From Bacteroidota bacterium (lineage in GTDB: Bacteria; Bacteroidota; Bacteroidia; 2-12-FULL-35-15): a stretch of DNA of 64,000 bases. The position numbers were made by a program, and so were the translations under genes. Of this stretch, positions 11,150 through 19,370 are shown piece by piece; position 1 is the stretch's first letter; each line of letters opens with the position of its first letter. The stretch spans positions 251 to 64,250 of the forward strand of contig JAHEXZ010000022.1 of assembly GCA_023251835.1 (NCBI GenBank), read 5' to 3'. Under the pieces are notes generated by a model. It was not told where the DNA came from. It did no database searches and saw only the letters and a program-made list of their open reading frames with translations.

Positions 11150-11586
11150 AAGCGAATTTTAAATATATGGCTTTTGTATTTTTACTGGCCTTGCTGGTGA
11201 ATAGAACTTCATTTGCACAACCGGAAACAAAAAAAGATAAAATAGATGCACTGAGAGCTGCATTTATAAATAAAAAAGCTAACTTCACACCACAGGAGTC
11301 TCAAGCGTTTTGGCCACTATACAATGAAATGAATGATATGCTGCATGCTGCCAGAAAAACATTCAAACAACAATACAATAATAATACTAATTATGATTTT
11401 TCAACTGATAAAGAGGCTGAGGCTTATCTTGTTGCTGAGTTATACCTGAAACAAAAAGAGTATGAAATTTACAGGGATTATTATGAAAAATTCAAAAAAG
11501 TGCTTCCGGTAAAAAAGGTCGCTGTAATTCGAAGAGCAGAGGAAGATTTCAAAAAGGAAATTATAAAAACAATAAAAGAAAATTAA
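11146..11586 (+). CDS. Exported helical protein, Spy/CpxP-like partner of the ECF operon
   Basis: Signal peptide; FTPQESQAFWPLYNE motif; ATGA overlap with the upstream gene. Confidence 0.6.
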   Translation: MKANFKYMAFVFLLALLVNRTSFAQPETKKDKIDALRAAFINKKANFTPQESQAFWPLYNEMNDMLHAARKTFKQQYNNNTNYDFSTDKEAEAYLVAELYLKQKEYEIYRDYYEKFKKVLPVKKVAVIRRAEEDFKKEIIKTIKEN

Positions 11587-11592
11587 AAAAAC

Positions 11593-12768
11593 GTGAAAAA
11601 GTGCCGGGTATATATATTTTTAATACTGGGCTTTGTATTTTTTTATACAAAGCTTATGGCATTTTATAACAATGACAGTACCAAACAAATCAAACCACCT
11701 AAACATTATTTCAATCAGGTTCTATATATCGATTATTATCTCACGGGAAAAAGAAACCTGGATACTATTAATATGATCTCCAAAAGGTTAAAATCTTACC
11801 AGATCAATCAGTTTGCCGTGGGCTACAACATTCCTGTGATAACAAAAGATTATTACAACAAAGACAGTACGCGAATTTCCAATATTCATTTCCTGCTTAC
11901 TGCCAATTATTCAAGATTAGACCTGAATTTTGGTGGTATCTCTAAACATACTATGACTAAATTTTCCTTAGGAGGCAGACTAATATATAACAATGGAAAA
12001 AAAAGCATTTTCTTTGTTGAACTATCACCTTTTACAACGCAGGATGTAGGCTACAGCTATACCAGAGTAACACGTTTGGCAGGTACTGTTTTGTATAATT
12101 ACTCACCCAACGATTATCTGGGCATGAGAGTGGGTTATACACGCCTGTTTTTTTTAGGAAATCGTTATTCTCTTCCTTATGTTGGTTTTAGAGTTGGTAA
12201 GTTGGATGGCGTAAATTTAAGTATTCAATTTCCAAGGGCTGTTACATTTACCATTCCAATGGGCCCTGTTATACGAACAAGCTTATTTACACGCCCACAA
12301 GGTGGTTTTTATACTTTTGCCAATCATGATTCTCTTAAGATTGGTAATATCTATGAAAATCAAAAACTGTATTTCGGCAGATATGAGTTTCTTTCCGGAG
12401 TGAGGGTAGACATACAGCCAACAAAACTTTTTAATCTTTATTTTAGCAGTGGTTTTACTACTAAAAATATGATTTTATTTTACTATGCTGCACCTAAAAA
12501 TAGCACTTCTCCCTACCGAAATAATTATACGCAGAATATCAGAAGCAGTATCTTTCTGAGCTTCGGCTTTGTATTCAGGTTTGGTAAAACAAAATCTATA
12601 TACAACAACAACCAAATGTACGAAGCATTTGACATAAACAATACAATAACTCCTGGTGATAACGGGGCATACAATGGTAATGGCGATATCCCAAGCCCAG
12701 CAAAAAAAATGAAAAAATTTAATACAAATGAAGTGCTTGATTTAATTGAAATGCAGGATTTGTATTAA
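11593..12768 (+). CDS. Putative outer-membrane beta-barrel protein (DUF6268-like)
   Basis: GTG start, signal peptide, alternating aromatic/hydrophobic beta strands; last gene of the ECF operon. Confidence 0.55.
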   Translation: MKKCRVYIFLILGFVFFYTKLMAFYNNDSTKQIKPPKHYFNQVLYIDYYLTGKRNLDTINMISKRLKSYQINQFAVGYNIPVITKDYYNKDSTRISNIHFLLTANYSRLDLNFGGISKHTMTKFSLGGRLIYNNGKKSIFFVELSPFTTQDVGYSYTRVTRLAGTVLYNYSPNDYLGMRVGYTRLFFLGNRYSLPYVGFRVGKLDGVNLSIQFPRAVTFTIPMGPVIRTSLFTRPQGGFYTFANHDSLKIGNIYENQKLYFGRYEFLSGVRVDIQPTKLFNLYFSSGFTTKNMILFYYAAPKNSTSPYRNNYTQNIRSSIFLSFGFVFRFGKTKSIYNNNQMYEAFDINNTITPGDNGAYNGNGDIPSPAKKMKKFNTNEVLDLIEMQDLY

Positions 12769-12862
12769 TATTGAACAACCGGATAAGACAGCTTTATTAC
12801 AAAACCCTGCTTAAACAGAGAACGATAACAAAAAAAGGGATCGTTGATTTCTAATATCCATT

Positions 12863-13228
12863 TTATTTACTTAAAGCTTCACCCTGATGATTTTGTTCTT
12901 CCAGTGTCCATCCGTCAGTAACAGTTGTTTCCAGCCATACCTTTCCCGATTTTCTGAATACCTGTGCAGATAGCCCGAATACATTTCTGAAATTATATTC
13001 AAGCTCTTTCACCGTCATCGCTGGTGTTATTGTAATTTCTTTTTTAACGTTGTGAAAAGTTTTGAACTCACCCAGGGTTTTGGTGGCGGGTTCCAAAAAT
13101 CTTTTGGCAGAGCCCTCACTCGCTGAATGAGGTCTTGAAAAGAACTCCAGTTTCAGGTAAGGGAAAAGTGCATTAAATTCTGCCTGTATAGCAGCTATTT
13201 TTTTTCTGCTATTAATTTTAATCTTCAT
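12863..13228 (-). CDS. Conserved hypothetical protein (~121 aa)
   Basis: Likely start at MKIKINSRKK (13228); globular sequence with FPYLKLEFF and QVFRKSGKVWLETTVTDGWTLEEQN. Confidence 0.7.
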   Translation of the reverse strand: MKIKINSRKKIAAIQAEFNALFPYLKLEFFSRPHSASEGSAKRFLEPATKTLGEFKTFHNVKKEITITPAMTVKELEYNFRNVFGLSAQVFRKSGKVWLETTVTDGWTLEEQNHQGEALSK

Positions 13229-13321
13229 TTTGTTTATCAGGTTTATTATATATATAATCATCACGTCTGGCAGTTTTCTAATCCATTGAAAAAACGCTTT
13301 CTGTTTACAATAAGTTTCTTA

Positions 13322-14149
13322 TTATTCATGAAGTATTAACAATGGTACTCTGGCATGAAATGCCATGCGTTTGGTGTTGGATTCATGAAGCAGGTTTTGA
13401 AACAGTGTATGTTTCTGAGCAACCATAACTATCATATCCATTTTATGTTCCTCAGCAAAATCATTAATTCCGTCAATTACATCATCGTTTTTTGTAAAAT
13501 CAAATGAATGTTCAACATCTTTAAGCAAATGACTTACTTTAAAACTTTCAACAGTTTTATTTACAGAATATAGCAACTCTTGCTCCTCAGGAACAATATT
13601 CAATACGTGTATTTGTGCCTGAAAAGAAAGAACAAGATCTATTATTGGTTCAAAAACTGATGTATTTTTAATTGCGCTGTAGTTACAGGCCAGTACTATT
13701 CTACTAATTTTTCTAAATCTGGTATGCTTATTTATTATAAGCACAGGACATATTGATTTTTTTATAACAGCAGTAGATATACTTCCTACAAGTCTTTCTG
13801 TAAAATATCCGACACCTTCCATTCCCATTATAATAAAATCTACTTTATTTTCCTCTGCAAAGGTTACAATACCTTTAATGGGTACACCGTGTATACTGGC
13901 ATATTCCACCATCATTTTGTTACCATATTTTGTTTGAAGATTTTTTTGAATTATCCTCAACTTTTTCTTACGCTCCTGCCCTATCTCATGTTCCGATACC
14001 GAAATAATAGCTTCTGCAGGAACTGCGGGTTTATGATACACATGGAACAACATAAGTTTTGCCTGTATAGCTAATGCAAACTCCGCTGCATAATTTATTG
14101 CGTTATGCGCAGTTCTTGAAAAATCTGTTGGAACAAGTATCTTCTTCAT
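13322..14149 (-). CDS. Universal stress protein (tandem UspA domains)
   Basis: MKKILVPTDFS...A start; IIMGMEG...GS motif; C-terminal MAFHARVPLLILH. Confidence 0.95.
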   Translation of the reverse strand: MKKILVPTDFSRTAHNAINYAAEFALAIQAKLMLFHVYHKPAVPAEAIISVSEHEIGQERKKKLRIIQKNLQTKYGNKMMVEYASIHGVPIKGIVTFAEENKVDFIIMGMEGVGYFTERLVGSISTAVIKKSICPVLIINKHTRFRKISRIVLACNYSAIKNTSVFEPIIDLVLSFQAQIHVLNIVPEEQELLYSVNKTVESFKVSHLLKDVEHSFDFTKNDDVIDGINDFAEEHKMDMIVMVAQKHTLFQNLLHESNTKRMAFHARVPLLILHE

Positions 14150-14153
14150 AGTC

Positions 14154-14339
14154 TTAGTAACTAACTAAAAAATAAGTACCAATAAATCCAGCAAAATGGC
14201 AGTCATACTTGCCCCAAATATCAAACGCATAGGAGCTACTGCCAGCATAAGCGTCAAAGCAAAATTCTTCAGATAAAATTTTATGCGAGGTTTTTGCCGT
14301 AGAAAAACCCAACTGCTGTGTTTTGATTGACGAATTCAT
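14154..14339 (-). CDS. Small hypothetical protein (61 aa)
   Basis: Fills the gap between DoxX (17-bp gap) and the USP (4-bp gap) on the same strand; ATG preceded by an A-rich leader. Confidence 0.55.
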   Translation of the reverse strand: MNSSIKTQQLGFSTAKTSHKILSEEFCFDAYAGSSSYAFDIWGKYDCHFAGFIGTYFLVSY

Positions 14340-14356
14340 ATTATTTTGTTTTTAAA

Positions 14357-14779
14357 TTAAAAAATTAAATTATCAAGTGTCCAAACATTCCAGGAACGAG
14401 GCACAAGTAATAAAAAAAGTAGCAGTACTAAACGCGGGAATACAAACCGCATATCCCACATGGGCGAGTTTATACTAAATGCAACCGAGGCAACTAGTAA
14501 ATTTATTCCCAATAGGTACAAAGCGCAATACTCAAAAAGACCAAGGGTTAATAAACAACCTCCTATCAGCTCCGAATATGATGTATACCAAACTCCACAT
14601 ATTGTAATGAATTTAGGAACACCCTTATTTTCAAATGTAGGCTCATAAGTAGTTATTACATTTTTTATTTTAATATTAATAACTGCATCATACCCCTGAA
14701 AAAAAAATAACAGGCCAAGAAAAATTCTCGCTATCGATGTTGCTACTATCTCATGGCATTGGGTAATTATTTCCATCAC
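14357..14779 (-). CDS. DoxX family membrane protein
   Basis: RIFLGLLFFFQGYD and ELIGGCLLTLGLF motifs; four hydrophobic segments; WTLD C-terminus. Confidence 0.85.
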   Translation of the reverse strand: MMEIITQCHEIVATSIARIFLGLLFFFQGYDAVINIKIKNVITTYEPTFENKGVPKFITICGVWYTSYSELIGGCLLTLGLFEYCALYLLGINLLVASVAFSINSPMWDMRFVFPRLVLLLFLLLVPRSWNVWTLDNLIF

Positions 14780-14806
14780 ATTGAATCCACATTATTATGA
14801 TGATAA

Positions 14807-14814
14807 CAAAGTTA
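14807..14814 (-). promoter_or_regulatory. Bacteroidota sigma-70 -7 element (TAACTTTG) for the DoxX transcript
   Basis: Exact TAnnTTTG match 27 nt upstream of the DoxX start. Confidence 0.6.
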
Positions 14815-14837
14815 GTGGACCGGTAACGGCTATTAAA

Positions 14838-14871
14838 TGAGGAGAGTCAATAATGTATATGATTATTATCA
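14838..14871. promoter_or_regulatory. Tandem Crp/Fnr-type boxes TGA-N6-TCA (14838-14849) and TGAT-N4-ATCA (14860-14871)
   Basis: Two palindromic sites 22 bp apart, just upstream of the DoxX -7 element. Confidence 0.65.
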
Positions 14872-14879
14872 GCAAGCTG

Positions 14880-14915
14880 AACAGCCTGTTTTTCAAGCCA
14901 AACAGGCTGTTTTTT
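14880..14915. terminator. Stem-loop AACAGCCTGTTT/AAACAGGCTGTT
   Basis: Perfect 12-bp inverted repeat between the regulator 3' end and the DoxX promoter; the T-run lies on the + strand. Confidence 0.5.
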
Positions 14916-14968
14916 ACAGCAATATGGAGTAATATTCCGAATCGGGAAATTGTAATATTAAGAATTGA

Positions 14969-16027
14969 CTAATTTTTCAATTTAACCAGTTTATCATAGT
15001 TAAGAATAGTAATAGTGCCCCCGGCTATCTCAATATAATCTTCGTCTTTAAAATCACTAAGGGTACGAATTACTGTTTCAGTAGCTGTTCCAACCATATT
15101 GGCAAGATCTTCTCTGGATATGTTCATGCTAAATTTCACATCTCCCTCCTTTTTATATTTATCGGAAAGTTTAACAAGCGCTTCTGCAACTCTTTTTCTT
15201 ACTGAATTATAGGCCAGTTTAATAAGCCGCTGTTCATTTTCACGTAAATTATTAGAAAGCAATTCTATAAACTTCCGTGATACTTCTGCATTCTTGTATA
15301 GTAGTGAAAAAAAATCTTCTTTAGGAATCATATAAATTTCACAGTCATCCATTGCAACGGCAGAACTGCTATATACTTCATCCTGTAGCAAAGAGAGGTA
15401 ACCAAAAAAATCTCCTTCTTTATGCAGTTCAGTAATTAACTCCTTACCAAAATCATTAGATTTATATATTTTTACCTTACCCTTGCCGATAAAATAAATA
15501 CCTTTGGGATAACTACCTTCTTTGTATATACTATCTTTCTTTTTATAAATTCTTACATCTCTTGATTCTGATACCTTTTTCAGCGATTCAATACCTTTAG
15601 CTTCATTAATAAAGTCATCTATACCCTGAATGTTTTTTGTAAATTCTCTTCTAAGAATTTCATTTTTCTTAAGACGGCTTTCAATTGCATTTAACAGTTC
15701 CACATCATCAAAAGGTTTTGTCAGATAATCATCCGCGCCCATTTCCATTCCTTTTCTAAAATCGCTGCGCTCTGCTTTAGCAGTTAAAAAAATAAACGGA
15801 ATACCGGAGGTTTCTTCATTTTTCGACAACATATGCAATACTCCATGTCCATCTAATATAGGCATCATAATGTCGCAAATAATAAGATCTGGCTTGTCGC
15901 TTTGTGCAAGCTCAACACCTTCTTTGCCATTTTTAGCAGTGATTACATCATATTGTGCCAGTTTGAGAATTTCCGATGTATTCTCACGCACATCTTTATT
16001 GTCCTCTATTAAAAGAATTTTCTTCAT
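14969..16027 (-). CDS. Response regulator with REC, cNMP-binding and Crp/Fnr HTH domains
   Basis: Likely start MKKILLIEDN (16027); DLIICDIMMP phospho-acceptor; GDFFG cNMP barrel; SREDLANMVGTATETVIRTLSDF HTH. Confidence 0.95.
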   Translation of the reverse strand: MKKILLIEDNKDVRENTSEILKLAQYDVITAKNGKEGVELAQSDKPDLIICDIMMPILDGHGVLHMLSKNEETSGIPFIFLTAKAERSDFRKGMEMGADDYLTKPFDDVELLNAIESRLKKNEILRREFTKNIQGIDDFINEAKGIESLKKVSESRDVRIYKKKDSIYKEGSYPKGIYFIGKGKVKIYKSNDFGKELITELHKEGDFFGYLSLLQDEVYSSSAVAMDDCEIYMIPKEDFFSLLYKNAEVSRKFIELLSNNLRENEQRLIKLAYNSVRKRVAEALVKLSDKYKKEGDVKFSMNISREDLANMVGTATETVIRTLSDFKDEDYIEIAGGTITILNYDKLVKLKN

Positions 16028-16097
16028 TATATATAAATTTGTTTTAGTAACTGTCAGTTTCTCATACAACCACCTCAAACATACATGCTGATTGGTT

Positions 16098-17279
16098 TTA
16101 CAAAGGAACGTTTATGGTAAACACAGAACCCTTATTTTCTTTACTTTCATATTCAATACGACCATTCATTAATTCAGCATATTTTGCAACAATACTCAAA
16201 CCCAAACCAGTCCCCTGAATATGGGTGGCGTTGTAGCCTCTGAAAAAACGCTCAAACAAATGTTTCTGATCTTCTTTTGAAATACCTATTCCATTATCTT
16301 TCACAGAAATTTTAACCGTGAAATCAGATACCTGCGTATTAATTTCAACAAGACCATTTTCAGGTGAAAACTTGATTGCATTTGAGATAAGGTTAAACAA
16401 AACATTTTTCAACAATTTTTTATCCAGAAAAGTAGTTTCATCACCTGAATAGTTTTGTATAATTTTCTGACCTTTGGTTGCCATTACCTGCATTTCCATT
16501 ACAACCTCATTAATAAATTCTTTCAAATTGAGCTCTTCAAGTATATTCTCTATTTTTCCTTCCTCCAGTCTGCTAACAGATAAAAAGTCATTTAAAATGT
16601 CTGTAAGGTTGTTGATAGAAGCTTTTATTTTATTGATATGCTTCGATTGATTTTCCTTATCATTTTGTTCTCCATATTTCGAAACCAATGAAAGCGAAGA
16701 AAGCATTGTTGTAAGAGGTGTTCTAAATTCATGTGAAGCCATAGATACAAAACGCGATTTCAACTCATTCAAATCTTTTTCTTTGCTAAGAGCCCGATGG
16801 AGGTCACCCTTTGTTTTTTCCAGTTCTTCGATTGCTTCTTCAAGAATGAGTGTTCTGTTTCTTACCTGCCTTTCAAGTTCAATAGAGTAGTTTTTCAACT
16901 TTTCTTCGGCTTGTTTACGGGTTGTAACATCCACAAGAAAGGCAATTACAAACCGTTCTCCATTCCAGATATATGGACTTAAACTGATTTCCACAGGAAA
17001 TTCGATTCCGTCTTTTTTCAAACCAAACAATTCCATACCTGCTCCCATTGCACGGGCATGCGGATGCTGGCTATATTTCTCTCTGTAATCAACATGGCCT
17101 TTTGCAAACCTTTTAGGTACCAGCACTTCTATTTTCTTGCCAAGCAATTCATCCCTTTCATAAGCAAAAAGTTTTTCAGCGCTTGGATTAATCCGTGTAA
17201 TCTCACCCTTATTATTTGCCACAATAATAGCTTCCGTAGCATACAAAAAAAGGGCTTCAACACCTTCTTTTCCTTCCAT
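16098..17279 (-). CDS. FixL-like PAS sensor histidine kinase
   Basis: PAS with KGHVDYREKY...MGAG...G.KKDG..FPVEISLS; H-box SHEFRTPL; N, G1, F and G2 boxes. Start moved to MEGKEG (17279) because a TAAATTCG promoter-like element lies at 17306-17313. Confidence 0.9.
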   Translation of the reverse strand: MEGKEGVEALFLYATEAIIVANNKGEITRINPSAEKLFAYERDELLGKKIEVLVPKRFAKGHVDYREKYSQHPHARAMGAGMELFGLKKDGIEFPVEISLSPYIWNGERFVIAFLVDVTTRKQAEEKLKNYSIELERQVRNRTLILEEAIEELEKTKGDLHRALSKEKDLNELKSRFVSMASHEFRTPLTTMLSSLSLVSKYGEQNDKENQSKHINKIKASINNLTDILNDFLSVSRLEEGKIENILEELNLKEFINEVVMEMQVMATKGQKIIQNYSGDETTFLDKKLLKNVLFNLISNAIKFSPENGLVEINTQVSDFTVKISVKDNGIGISKEDQKHLFERFFRGYNATHIQGTGLGLSIVAKYAELMNGRIEYESKENKGSVFTINVPL

Positions 17280-17355
17280 TTTATTATTTAAACTAATATT
17301 CATGGCGAATTTACGGACTAAATGCCAAAAGTATTCTTTCACTGCAATAAAAAAT

Positions 17356-17369
17356 ATGACAAAAGTCAT
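17356..17369. promoter_or_regulatory. Perfect palindrome ATGAC-AAAA-GTCAT (Crp/Fnr-type box) in the divergent kinase/USP promoter
   Basis: Seen directly; same TGA-N6-TCA core as the DoxX sites. Confidence 0.7.
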
Positions 17370-17501
17370 GCAGCCTTCTAATCCGCCTCATAAGAAATTT
17401 TGTTTCCAAAAGTGACTTTTGGAGCATAAAACCCCTTATTTTTATAGTTTTTATTGAACAACTTAATAAATATCAATCTCATTAATAAAAAAATGAATGC
17501 T

Positions 17502-18398
17502 ATGAAACATTTTCAGATAAAAAACATCCTTATCCCCACCGACTTCTCCAAAACCGGGCTTTTAGCTCTTGAACATGCTTCATTCATGGCTCGTTTGTAT
17601 AAGGCAAACCTTTATCTCATGCATGTAATTGAAATAACAGAAAATACATTTGATATATACAGCCCGGTAATTCAGATAAAAAATCTGGATGAGATTGAAA
17701 AAATTGCTTTAAACCAGTTGGCAACCCTTGCCACAAGATTAAAAAAAGAATATAACATAAAAGCTACTATTCTATGCAGTAGAGGAAATATATCAGCAGA
17801 AATAGTTACGGCTGTTACAAATAACGATATTGATCTTGTAGTTATGGGAACTCATGGCGCTAAGGGTTTCAATGAATTTTTTATAGGCAGCAATGCACAT
17901 AAAACAGTTACTGTATGTCCTTGTCCGGTAATTACTGTACAAAGCCATGCAAAAAAACTTGGTTTTACTGATATTGTGCTTCCCATTGATGACACTTTGT
18001 ACTCAAGACAAAAAACAGATTATGCAATTACATTAGCAAAGAAATATGGTTCAAGAATACATATACTCGGGCTTATAGAAAAAAATGGCACCACAGATCC
18101 AAACAAGTTCAAAATCAAACTCGATTCAATAGAAAAAATGGTAAAAAAGGCTGGTTTGGCTTATGATTGTAAAACTATTAAGGATGGAAACCTGGCAGAA
18201 GCAGCCATGAAATACTCAAAAAAGATAAAAGCAGCTTTAATTGTTATTTTAACCGGCCATGAATCTGATATTACTGGCATGTTTTTAGGAGCTTTTGCAA
18301 AACAGATTGTAAACCATTCCAGGGTACCAGTAATGAGTATACATTCAATGGAAGGTATTTATGAACCAATCTCGCTTGCAGCAGCTAATCCATTTTAA
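17502..18398 (+). CDS. Universal stress protein (tandem UspA domains)
   Basis: IKNILIPTDFS; DLVVMGTHGAKG...FFIGSNA; start probably 17502 or 17493. Confidence 0.95.
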   Translation: MKHFQIKNILIPTDFSKTGLLALEHASFMARLYKANLYLMHVIEITENTFDIYSPVIQIKNLDEIEKIALNQLATLATRLKKEYNIKATILCSRGNISAEIVTAVTNNDIDLVVMGTHGAKGFNEFFIGSNAHKTVTVCPCPVITVQSHAKKLGFTDIVLPIDDTLYSRQKTDYAITLAKKYGSRIHILGLIEKNGTTDPNKFKIKLDSIEKMVKKAGLAYDCKTIKDGNLAEAAMKYSKKIKAALIVILTGHESDITGMFLGAFAKQIVNHSRVPVMSIHSMEGIYEPISLAAANPF

Positions 18399-18412
18399 CC
18401 TTGTTCAATAGT

Positions 18413-19225
18413 ATGAAAACAATCCTTGTACCAACTGATTTTTCAGCAGCAGCAGCAAATGCGGCTGAGTATGCAGTACATCTTTCAAAAGATTTAAAGG
18501 CTACTGTAATTTTGCTACATGTTTATCACTTTCCGACCTCAGTTTCTGAGGTGCCGATAATGGTAGTTACACCTGAAGAGCTGGAAAAGCAAAACAATGC
18601 GTTACTTAAGAAAGAAGCTGCCCGGATAAAGAAAAAAACAGGTGTTGGGGTAAAATATATAGCTAAACCGGGACTGGCTGTGGATGAAATAATTGAAGAA
18701 GGGAAAAAAGCCACTTTAACTGTAATGGGAATGCGAGGGGCCGGTAAAGTGGGTGAAGCCCTGTTAGGCAGCATTACTACCACTACTTTACGAAAAATAC
18801 AAAACCCACTACTTGTAGTCCCAGACAAAGCCAACTATAAAAAACCTGAAGTAATAGTGTTCGCAACGGACTACGATCCAAAAATAAATCTGCAAACAAT
18901 TGATACATTAAAGGAGTTCAGGAATATTTTTCATTCTAAAATATATGTTGTAAATGTGAAGCAGAAAAAAGAATCCGTAGCAGTAAAAGAGGTTTTTTCA
19001 GATACATTAGAGAACAAGCTAAATGATACTGAACATGTTTACTACTTCGCTGAAAAAGAAGACTTAGCTGAAGGTATCAATGAATTTGCTAAAGGCCATC
19101 ATGCTGATATAATAGCAATTATACCGCACCATTACAACCTGATGGAGCGTTTGTTTCATAAGAGTATCAGCAGAAAAATGGCCTTTCATTCCAGCATCCC
19201 ATTACTTGCTCTTCCTGATCTATAA
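18413..19225 (+). CDS. Universal stress protein (tandem UspA domains)
   Basis: MKTILVPTDFS; VMGMRG...LLGS; MAFHSSIPLLALP. Confidence 0.95.
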   Translation: MKTILVPTDFSAAAANAAEYAVHLSKDLKATVILLHVYHFPTSVSEVPIMVVTPEELEKQNNALLKKEAARIKKKTGVGVKYIAKPGLAVDEIIEEGKKATLTVMGMRGAGKVGEALLGSITTTTLRKIQNPLLVVPDKANYKKPEVIVFATDYDPKINLQTIDTLKEFRNIFHSKIYVVNVKQKKESVAVKEVFSDTLENKLNDTEHVYYFAEKEDLAEGINEFAKGHHADIIAIIPHHYNLMERLFHKSISRKMAFHSSIPLLALPDL

Positions 19226-19236
19226 CAATCCTACTT

Positions 19237-19278
19237 CGGGTAAACGAGTTTGCGGAAAATAGCAAACTCATTTACCCG
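19237..19278. repeat. Long hairpin after the USP pair (terminator-like, repeat family with 9644-9667)
   Basis: CGGGTAAA-C-GAGTTTGC / GCAAACTC-A-TTTACCCG, 16 of 17 bp paired. Confidence 0.6.
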
Positions 19279-19370
19279 GTATAATTTTCAATAGCGATAC
19301 TAAAACAGCAATCTTAATCATTCCTAACGATAATCGTACGGAATTGAAATAAAAAATAAAGTTAAAAGAA

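Noticed and set aside
17280-17369. Longer kinase start given by the ORF track
   Set aside because: The extension covers a -7 promoter motif and the ATGAC-N4-GTCAT box, so it is probably untranslated. Similar over-extensions were trimmed at 13264, 16078, 17454, 18401, 22940, 32215, 42124 and 44597.
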